Shown: positions 35,299 through 43,273 of the stretch, in pieces
How the letters are laid out: each line of letters begins with the position of its first letter
How positions within the stretch are numbered: the first letter of the stretch is position 1
Source: a virus
DNA: 59,538 nt
Direction: 5' to 3' (one strand)
IMG/VR virus record: IMGVR_UViG_3300028888_000014
Coordinates: 1-59,538 of that record
Made by a program: the position numbers and the translations under genes
The notes under the pieces: model-generated
Database searches by the model: none
The model's input: the letters and a program-made list of their open reading frames with translations, nothing else
What the model was told of the DNA's origin: nothing

Positions 35299-35908
35299 CG
35301 AGGTCTCCTTTCTCGCAGTCCGACAGCTTGAGCCGGTCGCCCTTGTCGAACTCCGCGTCAATGATAGTTTTGTCGCGGTCATAGACCGCATCGATACACT
35401 GGATGATGCCTCTTTCAGGCTGTGGGTTGCTCGTGAAGTTGACGCTGCCGCTCACGCTAATCTTCCAGTTGGCGTTGCCTATAAGCGCGATTTTGGCGTG
35501 GACGGGCGCTATCACCGTCTTGAAGTTGTGCCTGAGCAGCGCCAGCGGCTCGGGGGCCGCCCTGCGCACGCGCGGGTCTATCCACATCCGGAAGCTCGTC
35601 AGCAGGCCGTCCTTGCGCCGGTTGAGCATCGTCTGCACGCTGGCGGCGTTGAGCGACCAGGTGGTGGCCGTGACGTCCGCCGGGCCGGTGATGCGCAGCA
35701 GGTGGTTGATGATATCAGTCATGCAGTAGCGTCCAAACGTCCAGAAGTTGTAGATGCCGCCGTGTTCGACCTGCCCGACGTGCTTCGACAGGATGTCCCA
35801 CGGTTCCCCGACAAAGTCTATGTGCTGGGGGAACAGCGGGTCGTAGGGGTAGTCGGAGAGTTTCTGCGGCTTGCGCTTCGGCGCGACGGTCTCTTTCAGT
35901 TCGAACAT
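35288..35908 (-). CDS. PLD-family (HKD-motif) protein, putative nuclease (206 aa)
   Basis: VHAKIALIGNANWKISVSGSVNFTSN fits H-x-K ... G-S-x-N of the phospholipase D / Nuc superfamily; the usual Asp is replaced by Gly. Confidence 0.5.
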   Translation of the reverse strand: MFELKETVAPKRKPQKLSDYPYDPLFPQHIDFVGEPWDILSKHVGQVEHGGIYNFWTFGRYCMTDIINHLLRITGPADVTATTWSLNAASVQTMLNRRKDGLLTSFRMWIDPRVRRAAPEPLALLRHNFKTVIAPVHAKIALIGNANWKISVSGSVNFTSNPQPERGIIQCIDAVYDRDKTIIDAEFDKGDRLKLSDCEKGDLDDE

Positions 35909-36330
35909 GGCGCCTCCTTTCTCAGCGGCACGGGCTTTTTCTTCTTCCCGGCGTACTGCAGGGTTTCGAGTTTGTACTTCAGCTGCTCGTTCTCGCTGAG
36001 GAGCTTCTGCTGGTTCTCGCGGAGCGTCTTGTTCTCGCTTTCAAGCTCGCGGATGCGGCCGTCCTGTCTGGCGGCGTTCCGCTTCTGCGTCTCCAGTTCG
36101 ATTTTCAGGCTGTTCATTTCCTGCCGCAGCGACAGGATTTCCCGCATGCACTCGTCGTTTTTCTTGGAGAGCTCGTCCACGATGCTCTCCTTGGCCCGCA
36201 CGTCGTCGTACTTGCGTTTGTTTTTCTCCTTTATCCAGGCGATGAGCGAAGCGATATTCGTGCAGATGAGCAGGATCACGCCGGTCAGCGTCGTTATGTT
36301 TTCGCCCTCGAAGATGTTCATGATGTTCAT
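35896..36330 (-). CDS. N-terminal transmembrane plus coiled-coil protein (144 aa), spanin-like candidate
   Basis: Hydrophobic LTGVILLICTNIASLIAWI is followed by long heptad-like E/K/L/N sequence. It lies two genes downstream of the endolysin. Confidence 0.45.
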   Translation of the reverse strand: MNIMNIFEGENITTLTGVILLICTNIASLIAWIKEKNKRKYDDVRAKESIVDELSKKNDECMREILSLRQEMNSLKIELETQKRNAARQDGRIRELESENKTLRENQQKLLSENEQLKYKLETLQYAGKKKKPVPLRKEAPCSN

Positions 36331-37190
36331 GCGCCCCTCCTTTCAAGTTCCTTGTTGATTCTCTCCAGCTCGCCGATGTATTCGTCGAGCCGTTTCTGTG
36401 TCTTGGCCCTTTCGGGTCCCGGCGGCATGGGGTTTTTCTCCGCCTGCGCCGTCTTGGTGCCGTATTCGAGGCGGTTGCGGCACTTGGTGATGTACTTGCG
36501 CACGTTTTCCTTGCGTTTCACCAGCCACGCGCTGTCCTTGGCCTTCAGGTCTTCCTTCTCCCCGTCTCCGGGTTCGTTTCTGTTGTAGTAGGCTTCGAGC
36601 ATGTCCTTCAGCGCCTGGCTCGGCTTGCCCGTGTCGCAGTAGAGCTCTTTCTCGTCCCACAGCGACTCTTTCAGGTCTGTGGCCGTGCGTAGCGCTTCCA
36701 GCATTTCCGCGCGTGCCTTGTTGTTCTTCGCGTTGTTCACCTCTCCCGTCTCGAAGAGGGCGTTGTGTAGCTTCGACGCTTCCACAGCCAGTTCCGCCAC
36801 CGCCTCTTTAGCCTGCAGCAGAAGATGGTCGTCAGCGGGAACACGCGGGCGAGCTTTTTCCTTCTTTCCTTGCGCCGCATGTCCCGCAGCATTTCCGCGC
36901 GGAGCGTTTCCGGCGACGTTGCGCTTCTCTTGTCCTGTTTCTCTTGTGACATATCTGTTGATGAGTTCTTTGTTGCTGCATCTCTGTGTGAAGAGTGCCT
37001 CCTTCGGTATTCCGAGCAGTGCCTTGAGCTCGTAGGCCGTCATGTTCGCGCTCATGCGCTGGGCGTTTCTGGCCAGCCGCCTGTTCGGGTGGATGTCCGC
37101 CAGGAGCCTTCTGCCTTCCTGGAGGTCCATGTCCGATTCCAGCCACCGGACGATTCTTTCCTTGTCCTTTCCGTTCATGTTCATGGTCAT
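36327..37190 (-). CDS. Hypothetical protein (287 aa from ATG 37190)
   Basis: ATGA overlap with the endolysin stop; the track N-terminal extension is an Arg/Pro shadow. Confidence 0.5.
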   Translation of the reverse strand: MTMNMNGKDKERIVRWLESDMDLQEGRRLLADIHPNRRLARNAQRMSANMTAYELKALLGIPKEALFTQRCSNKELINRYVTRETGQEKRNVAGNAPRGNAAGHAAQGKKEKARPRVPADDHLLLQAKEAVAELAVEASKLHNALFETGEVNNAKNNKARAEMLEALRTATDLKESLWDEKELYCDTGKPSQALKDMLEAYYNRNEPGDGEKEDLKAKDSAWLVKRKENVRKYITKCRNRLEYGTKTAQAEKNPMPPGPERAKTQKRLDEYIGELERINKELERRGA

Positions 37191-37837
37191 AGCATTTTGA
37201 GCATGTCGCACAGTTCCGGCTGCGGGTGGCAGTCGGACTTGTCCTTGCGGTACGAGGCGTGTGTCCAGATGCCGGGCGTTCCCTGCAGGGCGTTGCGGGA
37301 CACCCCCCACATGTCGATGTTGTATTTCTTCGGGATCCCCAGCGTGGCGCACAGCTCGCGCAGCAGGTCCCTGAGCGCGTTGATCTGCGCCGCGGTGTAT
37401 TTCTCGTAGAGGGTGTGCCCTCTCCATTTGTTATCTTTGCAGTATTCCGTCGCGTCCGCCACGGGCCGTGCCTTCCCGGCCATTCCCGTGGGGTAGAGCC
37501 TCCCGTCCTGCGCTTTCTGCAGGTGTCCCCAGCTGTCGATTTCGATGCCGACGCTGGCCTTGTCCAGGTTGCGGTACGTGCAGCCCATGGAGGCGAAGTC
37601 CTTGTTGCTGAGCCCGAGGTGCCATGCCCAGTGTTTGAGGTCGAAGAGCTGGTATATCTGGCCGTTGCGGTCCACGATGAAGTGTACGGCCACCCGTTCC
37701 GGGGTTTTCCGCCACCATGTCGTGTCGCCGTCGATGCCCGGGCCGCTGGCGGTGTGGTGGAGCACGATCTGCGTCTTGGCGGTCTCCTCCTTGACGTACT
37801 GCGTCTCCGGGAACTGCACTCTTATGATGTTTGCCAT
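37187..37837 (-). CDS. N-acetylmuramoyl-L-alanine amidase endolysin (Amidase_2/PGRP type)
   Basis: IVLHHTASG ... VHFIVDRNGQIYQL ... AWHLG ... VGIEIDSWG is the pattern of T7-lysozyme-like amidases. Confidence 0.8.
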   Translation of the reverse strand: MANIIRVQFPETQYVKEETAKTQIVLHHTASGPGIDGDTTWWRKTPERVAVHFIVDRNGQIYQLFDLKHWAWHLGLSNKDFASMGCTYRNLDKASVGIEIDSWGHLQKAQDGRLYPTGMAGKARPVADATEYCKDNKWRGHTLYEKYTAAQINALRDLLRELCATLGIPKKYNIDMWGVSRNALQGTPGIWTHASYRKDKSDCHPQPELCDMLKML

Positions 37838-37934
37838 AGCTTTGTTTTCCTTTTTGAAAAGGGCGGGCTGGCGCCCGCCCTTCCGCTAACATAAATCACA
37901 AATTAACAAAACGTCCCTTTCGGGTGAGAGAGTC

Positions 37935-38792
37935 CTATGCGGTGGTGAAGGAATACGTTCCCGAATAGCGTTCCTGGCCGTCCACGACCATGAAGGCGTA
38001 GTAGAGGTAGTCCTTGCCCGATGCGAGTCCGGTGACGGCCTTGGTCCACGGGACCCCGGAGGTGAAGTTGGTGGCGGATACGGTCTCCCAGGCGGAGGTG
38101 CCTTCCTCCTTGTAGCGGAAGCCGACCTTGGAGATCGCCTCGTCGTTCTCGGTGAAGGTCGCCCCGAGGGTGGCTCCTGTGGCCAGCACGTTGCTCTCGC
38201 CGACCGCGCTGATGGCGGCAGGCGTCATGTCGCCGCTGACGCTGCAGAGGATGTCGACCTGTGAGTCGGTGAGCTCGATCACGCGGTCGGAGGGTGTGTT
38301 GTAGATGAAGGTCATGTCCGCGCCGTTGGCGTCGGTGGTGGCCTTGCCGCTGGTGGCGGTGAACTCGGAGAGCACCGCGCCTCTGTAGCGGTCGCCCATC
38401 ACGTGCCATTCGCCCTGGTTGGTGAGGCAGATGATGAAGAGCTGCGCGTTCTGCACGGCGCGGATGAACCCGTTGATGCTCTTGCGGAACCCCGGGTTGT
38501 AGATGTTCAGGTTCGCCTGCTGCGAGCGGGAGCCCTCCTCGCCCTGTCCGGTGCACTGGTACTCGCCCGCGTCGTTCTTGCTGTAGAGCTTGAACATCCG
38601 CTTGCCGGGCTTCATGACGGGCACGCCGACGAGCATCACGTTCTCTTCCATGGAGGCCGGGTTATCGATTTCCTGCGGCCACACGGCCACGTCGTCGATC
38701 AGGCCGATGAGCACGGTCTTGACGCCGCTCATCACGGTTTCGCACCCCTGTCCGCTGCGGAGGTCGTCCAATTTATATTTGCATTCAGCCAT
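37935..38792 (-). CDS. Virion protein with a C-terminal FN3/Ig-like domain (285 aa); tail tube or capsid decoration
   Basis: Immediately downstream of the capsid gene. The C-terminal 90 aa (ATGATLGATF ... GLASGKDYLYYAFMVV ... YSFTT) fit an FN3-like pattern. Confidence 0.45.
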   Translation of the reverse strand: MAECKYKLDDLRSGQGCETVMSGVKTVLIGLIDDVAVWPQEIDNPASMEENVMLVGVPVMKPGKRMFKLYSKNDAGEYQCTGQGEEGSRSQQANLNIYNPGFRKSINGFIRAVQNAQLFIICLTNQGEWHVMGDRYRGAVLSEFTATSGKATTDANGADMTFIYNTPSDRVIELTDSQVDILCSVSGDMTPAAISAVGESNVLATGATLGATFTENDEAISKVGFRYKEEGTSAWETVSATNFTSGVPWTKAVTGLASGKDYLYYAFMVVDGQERYSGTYSFTTA

Positions 38793-38875
38793 AATTTTTG
38801 GATTTGGTGTTTTAAGTTTCTGTTAAGGTGAAAATGGGGAGACGTGCCGTGGCGCGGCTCCCCGTGCACGAATGG

Positions 38876-40186
38876 TTAGGATGCGAGGGTGGTGAGGCTT
38901 GCCATCTGTCCGCGCAGGGTGTTCCCGCCCGCGGTCAGCTGGATTTGGAAGTAGTACTTCGTCTCGGCGGTCAGTCCGGTGACTTCCGCGCTGTAGGATC
39001 CGTTCTCGCCGGCCACGGCTTCCGCCTCCCCGTCGAGGGCGGTGGCGTCGGTGCCGTAGGCGAACTTGACGGTGGAGTCTTCGGGGGCGTTGGCCACGGT
39101 GCCGTTGAGCGTTGCGCCGGCGGCGGTCACGTCGCTGGCCTCTCCGGTCTCCACGGCCGGGGTCACCACAATGGTCTCGGGCGTGTCGTCGCCGCCCTCG
39201 TCCGGGGTGGTCGTCTCCTTGTCAACGGTCGGCTCGGTGGCCCACACCATCTGGTTGCAGGCGAACCCGAGGCCCTCCCACCAGTCGAGCAGCAGCTTGA
39301 CCTGGCGGTCGAAGACCTGTACCTGGATGTTGCTGACGGGCTGGTAGCGTTTGGTGAGCCACAGCAGGTTGCGCTGCACGGAAGCCCACAGGTGCTTGGT
39401 GCCGGCCATGGCCGGGCTGCCGAAGATCGTGTGGTTCGTGAAGTCGATGCGGTAGCCGATCTCCTCGTCGCCCTTGATCTGGTAGTAGCCCTTCTCGCGC
39501 TTGTTGCGCAGGTACTCCAGCGCCATCTCCGGCGCCATGAACAGCGTCAGCTTCTCGCTGAAGTAGCGGGAAGGGATTCTGGCGTTGAAGGCCTCCACCT
39601 GGTCGAAGACGGTAGCGGCGGAAAGCTCGCCGATTCCCTCTATGACGTTGATCGGGTACTGGGCGACGGCGCCGTCCACGAGCAGCTTGTGAATGCCGTC
39701 GAGGCAGTTCTCGGGCTTGCGCTCCGTCGCGCCAGGGTCATAGACGCCGTTATAGACCATCTTCAGTTCTCTGTCCTCCTCGATCTGTTTCTTGAGGTAC
39801 TCCTCCATGATGAACCGGACGATGGGCCAGTCTTTGATGGAGCAGTTGTTCGCGGCCAGGAAGCCGAGCCAGCTCTCCTCGATCTCGTTCGGCACGATTG
39901 GGACATCGGTCTTCACCTGCCGCATCGGGATCGAGTTCGGGATGAACTCCATGCCCCCCATCGGGGTGAATTCGGGGGTGAAGGGTTGCACCACGCTGGA
40001 GGTCTTGAAGTTGGCGGCCTTGTAGATTGTGTTCTCCGTCGGGATTCTGTGGGCGTTCCTCTCAAGGGTCACGGCGGGGGTCATGAGCGCTCTGACGAGA
40101 CGCTGGCGGTTCTGCCCCGCGTTCTCGTAGTATCTTCCGTATTCCTCAACGATTTTTTGTGTGGTAAGTACGTTCTGTAAAGACAT
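38876..40186 (-). CDS. Major capsid protein (436 aa) with a C-terminal FN3/Ig-like display domain
   Basis: Position directly after the protease-scaffold gene, appropriate size, and a C-terminus (AAGATLNGTV ... TGLTAETKYYFQIQL ... ASLTT) that is FN3-like. Confidence 0.6.
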   Translation of the reverse strand: MSLQNVLTTQKIVEEYGRYYENAGQNRQRLVRALMTPAVTLERNAHRIPTENTIYKAANFKTSSVVQPFTPEFTPMGGMEFIPNSIPMRQVKTDVPIVPNEIEESWLGFLAANNCSIKDWPIVRFIMEEYLKKQIEEDRELKMVYNGVYDPGATERKPENCLDGIHKLLVDGAVAQYPINVIEGIGELSAATVFDQVEAFNARIPSRYFSEKLTLFMAPEMALEYLRNKREKGYYQIKGDEEIGYRIDFTNHTIFGSPAMAGTKHLWASVQRNLLWLTKRYQPVSNIQVQVFDRQVKLLLDWWEGLGFACNQMVWATEPTVDKETTTPDEGGDDTPETIVVTPAVETGEASDVTAAGATLNGTVANAPEDSTVKFAYGTDATALDGEAEAVAGENGSYSAEVTGLTAETKYYFQIQLTAGGNTLRGQMASLTTLAS

Positions 40187-40213
40187 ATCGGTTTGTTTTG
40201 GTTGGTGATACTT

Positions 40214-41398
40214 TTAGAGACCCATCGACTCGCTGATCTGCTTGTAGTAGGGGTCGTTGTCAACGTACGCGGCGAAGGTGTCCTCGGGGTTCTCCTCGGG
40301 GTCCTTCCCGTTGGTCTGGGTGGCGGCTGCCGGCATGGCTTCGTATTTCTCCTTGAAGTCGTCGCGCTCGGCGGTGAGGGTTTCGATGGCGGTTTTGTCC
40401 TGTTCCGCCTTTTCCTGTGCGGCTTTGAGTTCGTCGGTCTTCTTCTGCAGCTCGGCTCTCACGCTCTCGAGGTCCGCCTTGGCCTGCTTGCCGGCCTTCA
40501 GCTCCTCTTCCAGCTTGCCGAGCTCGTCGGGGCTGAGGGTGAGCCCCTTGGTCTCGTCGAACTCCTTCTCTGCGCCGTAGGCCAGTGCGGCGGCCAGCAG
40601 CGCGAATGTGGTGATGATTTTTTTCATCTCGGTGTGGGTTTGATTAGTGATAGGTGGATTATTTTCGGAACCATTGTCGTCATGGTTGTCCGTTTTCGTG
40701 TTGACTGTCGCCCCGAGTGTCATCCGGGCGTGGTTGAGGAACGAGGCCATCAGCCCTGAGCTCATGCCCTTCGCGGATGCCTCTTCCGGATCCGCCCACA
40801 TCTCGGTGGCGAACCCGTAGTTCACGGCCTCCTCGGCGGTGATCCACTTGCCGTTTCCGTTTGCGGCCTCCATCAGGTCGTCGAGTTCGGAGTTCTTGCC
40901 CTTGAACACCCTGCGGTAGATCTTCATCATCTGCCCGTTGACCTTCTGCTGGAAGTCAAGGTATTCCTTCAGCTCGTTCTCGTTGCCGACGCATCTTCCC
41001 CAGCACTTGTGGATAAGGTAGAGGCTGGTCGGGGAGATCTTGCGCACGCTTCCCGCGCAGGCTATGACCGTGGCCGCGGAGGCGCACAGTCCCGTCACGA
41101 TGGTCGTGACCCTGCATTTTGCCGCTTTCTCGGCGAGCGCGTCGTAGATCTGCAGTGCCGCGTCCACGTCCCCGCCGAGGGAGCTGATCAGCACTTCCAC
41201 TTCGGTCGCATCGCCGACGGCGTCCAGTGCCTCGCGGATCTGCTTGCCGGTATTCACCGGTTCCCAGGTGTCCCAGTCCCAGCCGCCGATGTCGCCGTCT
41301 ATGTTGATGCGCACCACGCCGTTCTCTGGCTCGGCCACGCTCATCGTGAGTTTGCCGGCCTGGACTGTGGCCATGATGCGTCTTTTATTGATATCCAT
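40214..41398 (-). CDS. ClpP/S14-like prohead protease fused to a coiled-coil scaffold-like C-terminal domain (394 aa)
   Basis: LISSLGGDVDAALQIYDAL ... TGLCASAATVIACAG matches the ClpP-family active-site region. The C-terminal 137 aa are coiled-coil and begin at an in-frame ATG (40627). Confidence 0.8.
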   Translation of the reverse strand: MDINKRRIMATVQAGKLTMSVAEPENGVVRINIDGDIGGWDWDTWEPVNTGKQIREALDAVGDATEVEVLISSLGGDVDAALQIYDALAEKAAKCRVTTIVTGLCASAATVIACAGSVRKISPTSLYLIHKCWGRCVGNENELKEYLDFQQKVNGQMMKIYRRVFKGKNSELDDLMEAANGNGKWITAEEAVNYGFATEMWADPEEASAKGMSSGLMASFLNHARMTLGATVNTKTDNHDDNGSENNPPITNQTHTEMKKIITTFALLAAALAYGAEKEFDETKGLTLSPDELGKLEEELKAGKQAKADLESVRAELQKKTDELKAAQEKAEQDKTAIETLTAERDDFKEKYEAMPAAATQTNGKDPEENPEDTFAAYVDNDPYYKQISESMGL

Positions 41399-41430
41399 TG
41401 CAGTCTTTTTTGGTGATGATTTTAAGGCTG

Positions 41431-41438
41431 CAAAAATA
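41431..41438 (-). promoter_or_regulatory. -7 promoter box (TATTTTTG) upstream of the protease gene
   Basis: The reverse complement of caaaaata, 32 nt upstream of the ATG at 41398. Confidence 0.4.
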
Positions 41439-41527
41439 AAACGTGCCTCCGGATAGAGTTGGGAACTCCGTCGGAGGCACTGTCAACCAAATAATTATGA
41501 GTATGGATTACATCAATGGTTCAAGTG

Positions 41528-41962
41528 TCATTCTGCCAGTTCGAGGAAGCCGAACTCGCTTTCGTTCTCAAGGTTGATCTCCGCGCCGTACTGTCCGGAG
41601 GGTTCCTCCGGCTCCGTGCGCCTGACGGTCATCCGCAGCGGCTCGCCGAAGCCGCACATCCTCCGCCTGCCGTGGTTGTCGGTCCATGTGGCGACATATC
41701 TGCCCTTGGCCAGAGTGTCGGCGTTGCCGGGCCATCCCGCCATGCGGGCTGTGATCTTGTTCTTGTGGGTTTTTTCCCCGGTGCTTTCCGCGGCCATCCG
41801 CGTGCCGTCGATTTTGCCCCATGCGCATCCTGGCTTCAGCGTGACGCCGACGGTGTCGGCGGCGGTGACCTGCATGGAGGCCACCTCTTTCACGTTCACT
41901 ACGCGCAGTTCGGCGATGCCGGGCATGCCGCCGCATTCCTCTTGCGGTCTTATGTCTTCCAT
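41528..41962 (-). CDS. Hypothetical protein (144 aa from ATG 41962)
   Basis: The C-terminal part of a 330-aa track ORF whose N-terminus is an Arg/Gly/Pro shadow over the upstream gene. Confidence 0.45.
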   Translation of the reverse strand: MEDIRPQEECGGMPGIAELRVVNVKEVASMQVTAADTVGVTLKPGCAWGKIDGTRMAAESTGEKTHKNKITARMAGWPGNADTLAKGRYVATWTDNHGRRRMCGFGEPLRMTVRRTEPEEPSGQYGAEINLENESEFGFLELAE

Positions 41963-42570
41963 ATAGTCGGTATTTTTGGTTCCGTGTCGAATATGTCGAG
42001 CTGCCCGCGCGTGTCGCTCGCCTTCAGCTTCAGCCTGCGCGGCGGCGGCAGGGCGGTCTCGTCCCCGGTGAAGTCGCTCAGCGCGGCGCGGTCCAGGGCG
42101 CGGTACTCCTCTTCCAGCTTCAGGTACTCCCTGCGGTAGCGCTTGCGCAGTGTCTCGAACCGCACGTCCTCCTCCGCCAGGTTGTAGAACACCATGATGT
42201 TGCCTATGGACCTGGAGAGGCTCATCGCGTACCTGGCCCGCATGATGGCGGCGTTGCGGAGTATCTCGTCGCAGATGATGTCGCGCAGCAGGCGGCTCAT
42301 CCTGATCTCCTGGGTCATGTTCACCTCCCAGCCGTAGTGGTAGAAGTCGTACTCGGTGATGCCGATCTTCACGGGCACGAAGCCCGCGTACTTCTCCGGC
42401 GGCAGGCTCACGCGCTCCGCCCTGGCGCTCTGGCACAGGGCCATGCTCACCAGCGTGTACCAGCGCGACTCCTGCAGGCGGTAGATGCCGCGGACCTTCC
42501 GGAACCGCGCGTCCATCCATTTGACCACCAACGGGTCAACCTTCATGTCGACATTGTACTGGCACATCAT
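41950..42570 (-). CDS. Hypothetical protein (206 aa from ATG 42570), first gene of late operon 1
   Basis: The track start at 42609 is TTG and overlaps the -7 box. The ATG-ATG at 42570 lies 21 nt downstream of the box. Confidence 0.5.
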   Translation of the reverse strand: MMCQYNVDMKVDPLVVKWMDARFRKVRGIYRLQESRWYTLVSMALCQSARAERVSLPPEKYAGFVPVKIGITEYDFYHYGWEVNMTQEIRMSRLLRDIICDEILRNAAIMRARYAMSLSRSIGNIMVFYNLAEEDVRFETLRKRYRREYLKLEEEYRALDRAALSDFTGDETALPPPRRLKLKASDTRGQLDIFDTEPKIPTIWKT

Positions 42571-42591
42571 TTCCCTTGCTGTTTTCGGCTG

Positions 42592-42599
42592 CAAAGATA
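42592..42599 (-). promoter_or_regulatory. -7 promoter box (TATCTTTG) of late operon 1
   Basis: The reverse complement of caaagata matches TAnnTTTG and precedes the first late ATG. Confidence 0.55.
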
Positions 42600-43146
42600 A
42601 TATTTTCAACGGAATGCACCGTTTACTTGAAGCAGTACTTCAAGTTAAAAGTTTTCCACACCTGTTTATATACGCCGAAGCGTGACAATCCCTCCCGAAT
42701 TGTTAAGACGCCCGGCGGGGAACGGTCGCGGATTTCTCCGTCATGGCTGAAAGTTGGGAAAAAAAGTGTATTTGTGTAATAGTGTGTTTTTTGGATGCAA
42801 AGTATTGGTTTTCAGCGGTTACAATTTGGCCTACACATTTGGAAAACAAGAATACACATTTGAAATTCCCGAAACTGGCTTTGCCAGGCTTGCAAAGCCC
42901 GGATTTTCCGCAAATGTGTAATGGATGTGTGGCCGATGTGTAATCCTTTATCTGTAATCTTTTCTCTCTCTTTCTAACTGTAAGTAAATTAAACGAATAG
43001 TTAATGAAATAAGACGTCCGCCCCCCTGCAATTACAAAATTACAGATTTTTTCCTTAAAATTTGATTGAGGGGAAAGGGGAGTGGCGTTTGTTAACGCCC
43101 CTCCTCCCTTCCTGGAGGGAGCGTTAACTGTCTGTTTTAAAAGGAC

Positions 43147-43170
43147 AAAGCCGCCCTCAGGGGCGGCTTT
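43147..43170 (-). terminator. Rho-independent terminator hairpin 1 (end of the replication operon)
   Basis: 10-bp stem aaagccgccc/gggcggcttt with a tcag loop. Confidence 0.65.
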
Positions 43171-43185
43171 GATCTCCCATAAATG

Positions 43186-43213
43186 AAAAACGCCCTTCCG
43201 AAGGGGCGTTTTT
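43186..43213. terminator. Bidirectional rho-independent terminator hairpin 2
   Basis: Stem aaaaacgccc/gggcgttttt with A and T runs on both sides. Confidence 0.7.
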
Positions 43214-43273
43214 CATTGGCTGGCGCGCGACTTTGACGCGCACCGCCTCTCCTACGCTTTCCCGGACTCGATG

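Noticed and set aside
42743-42943. The 66-aa plus-strand ORF in the large non-coding gap.
   Set aside because: Cys/Trp/Phe-rich odd composition, no promoter or start context, and it overlaps the short-repeat array. It is more likely non-coding.
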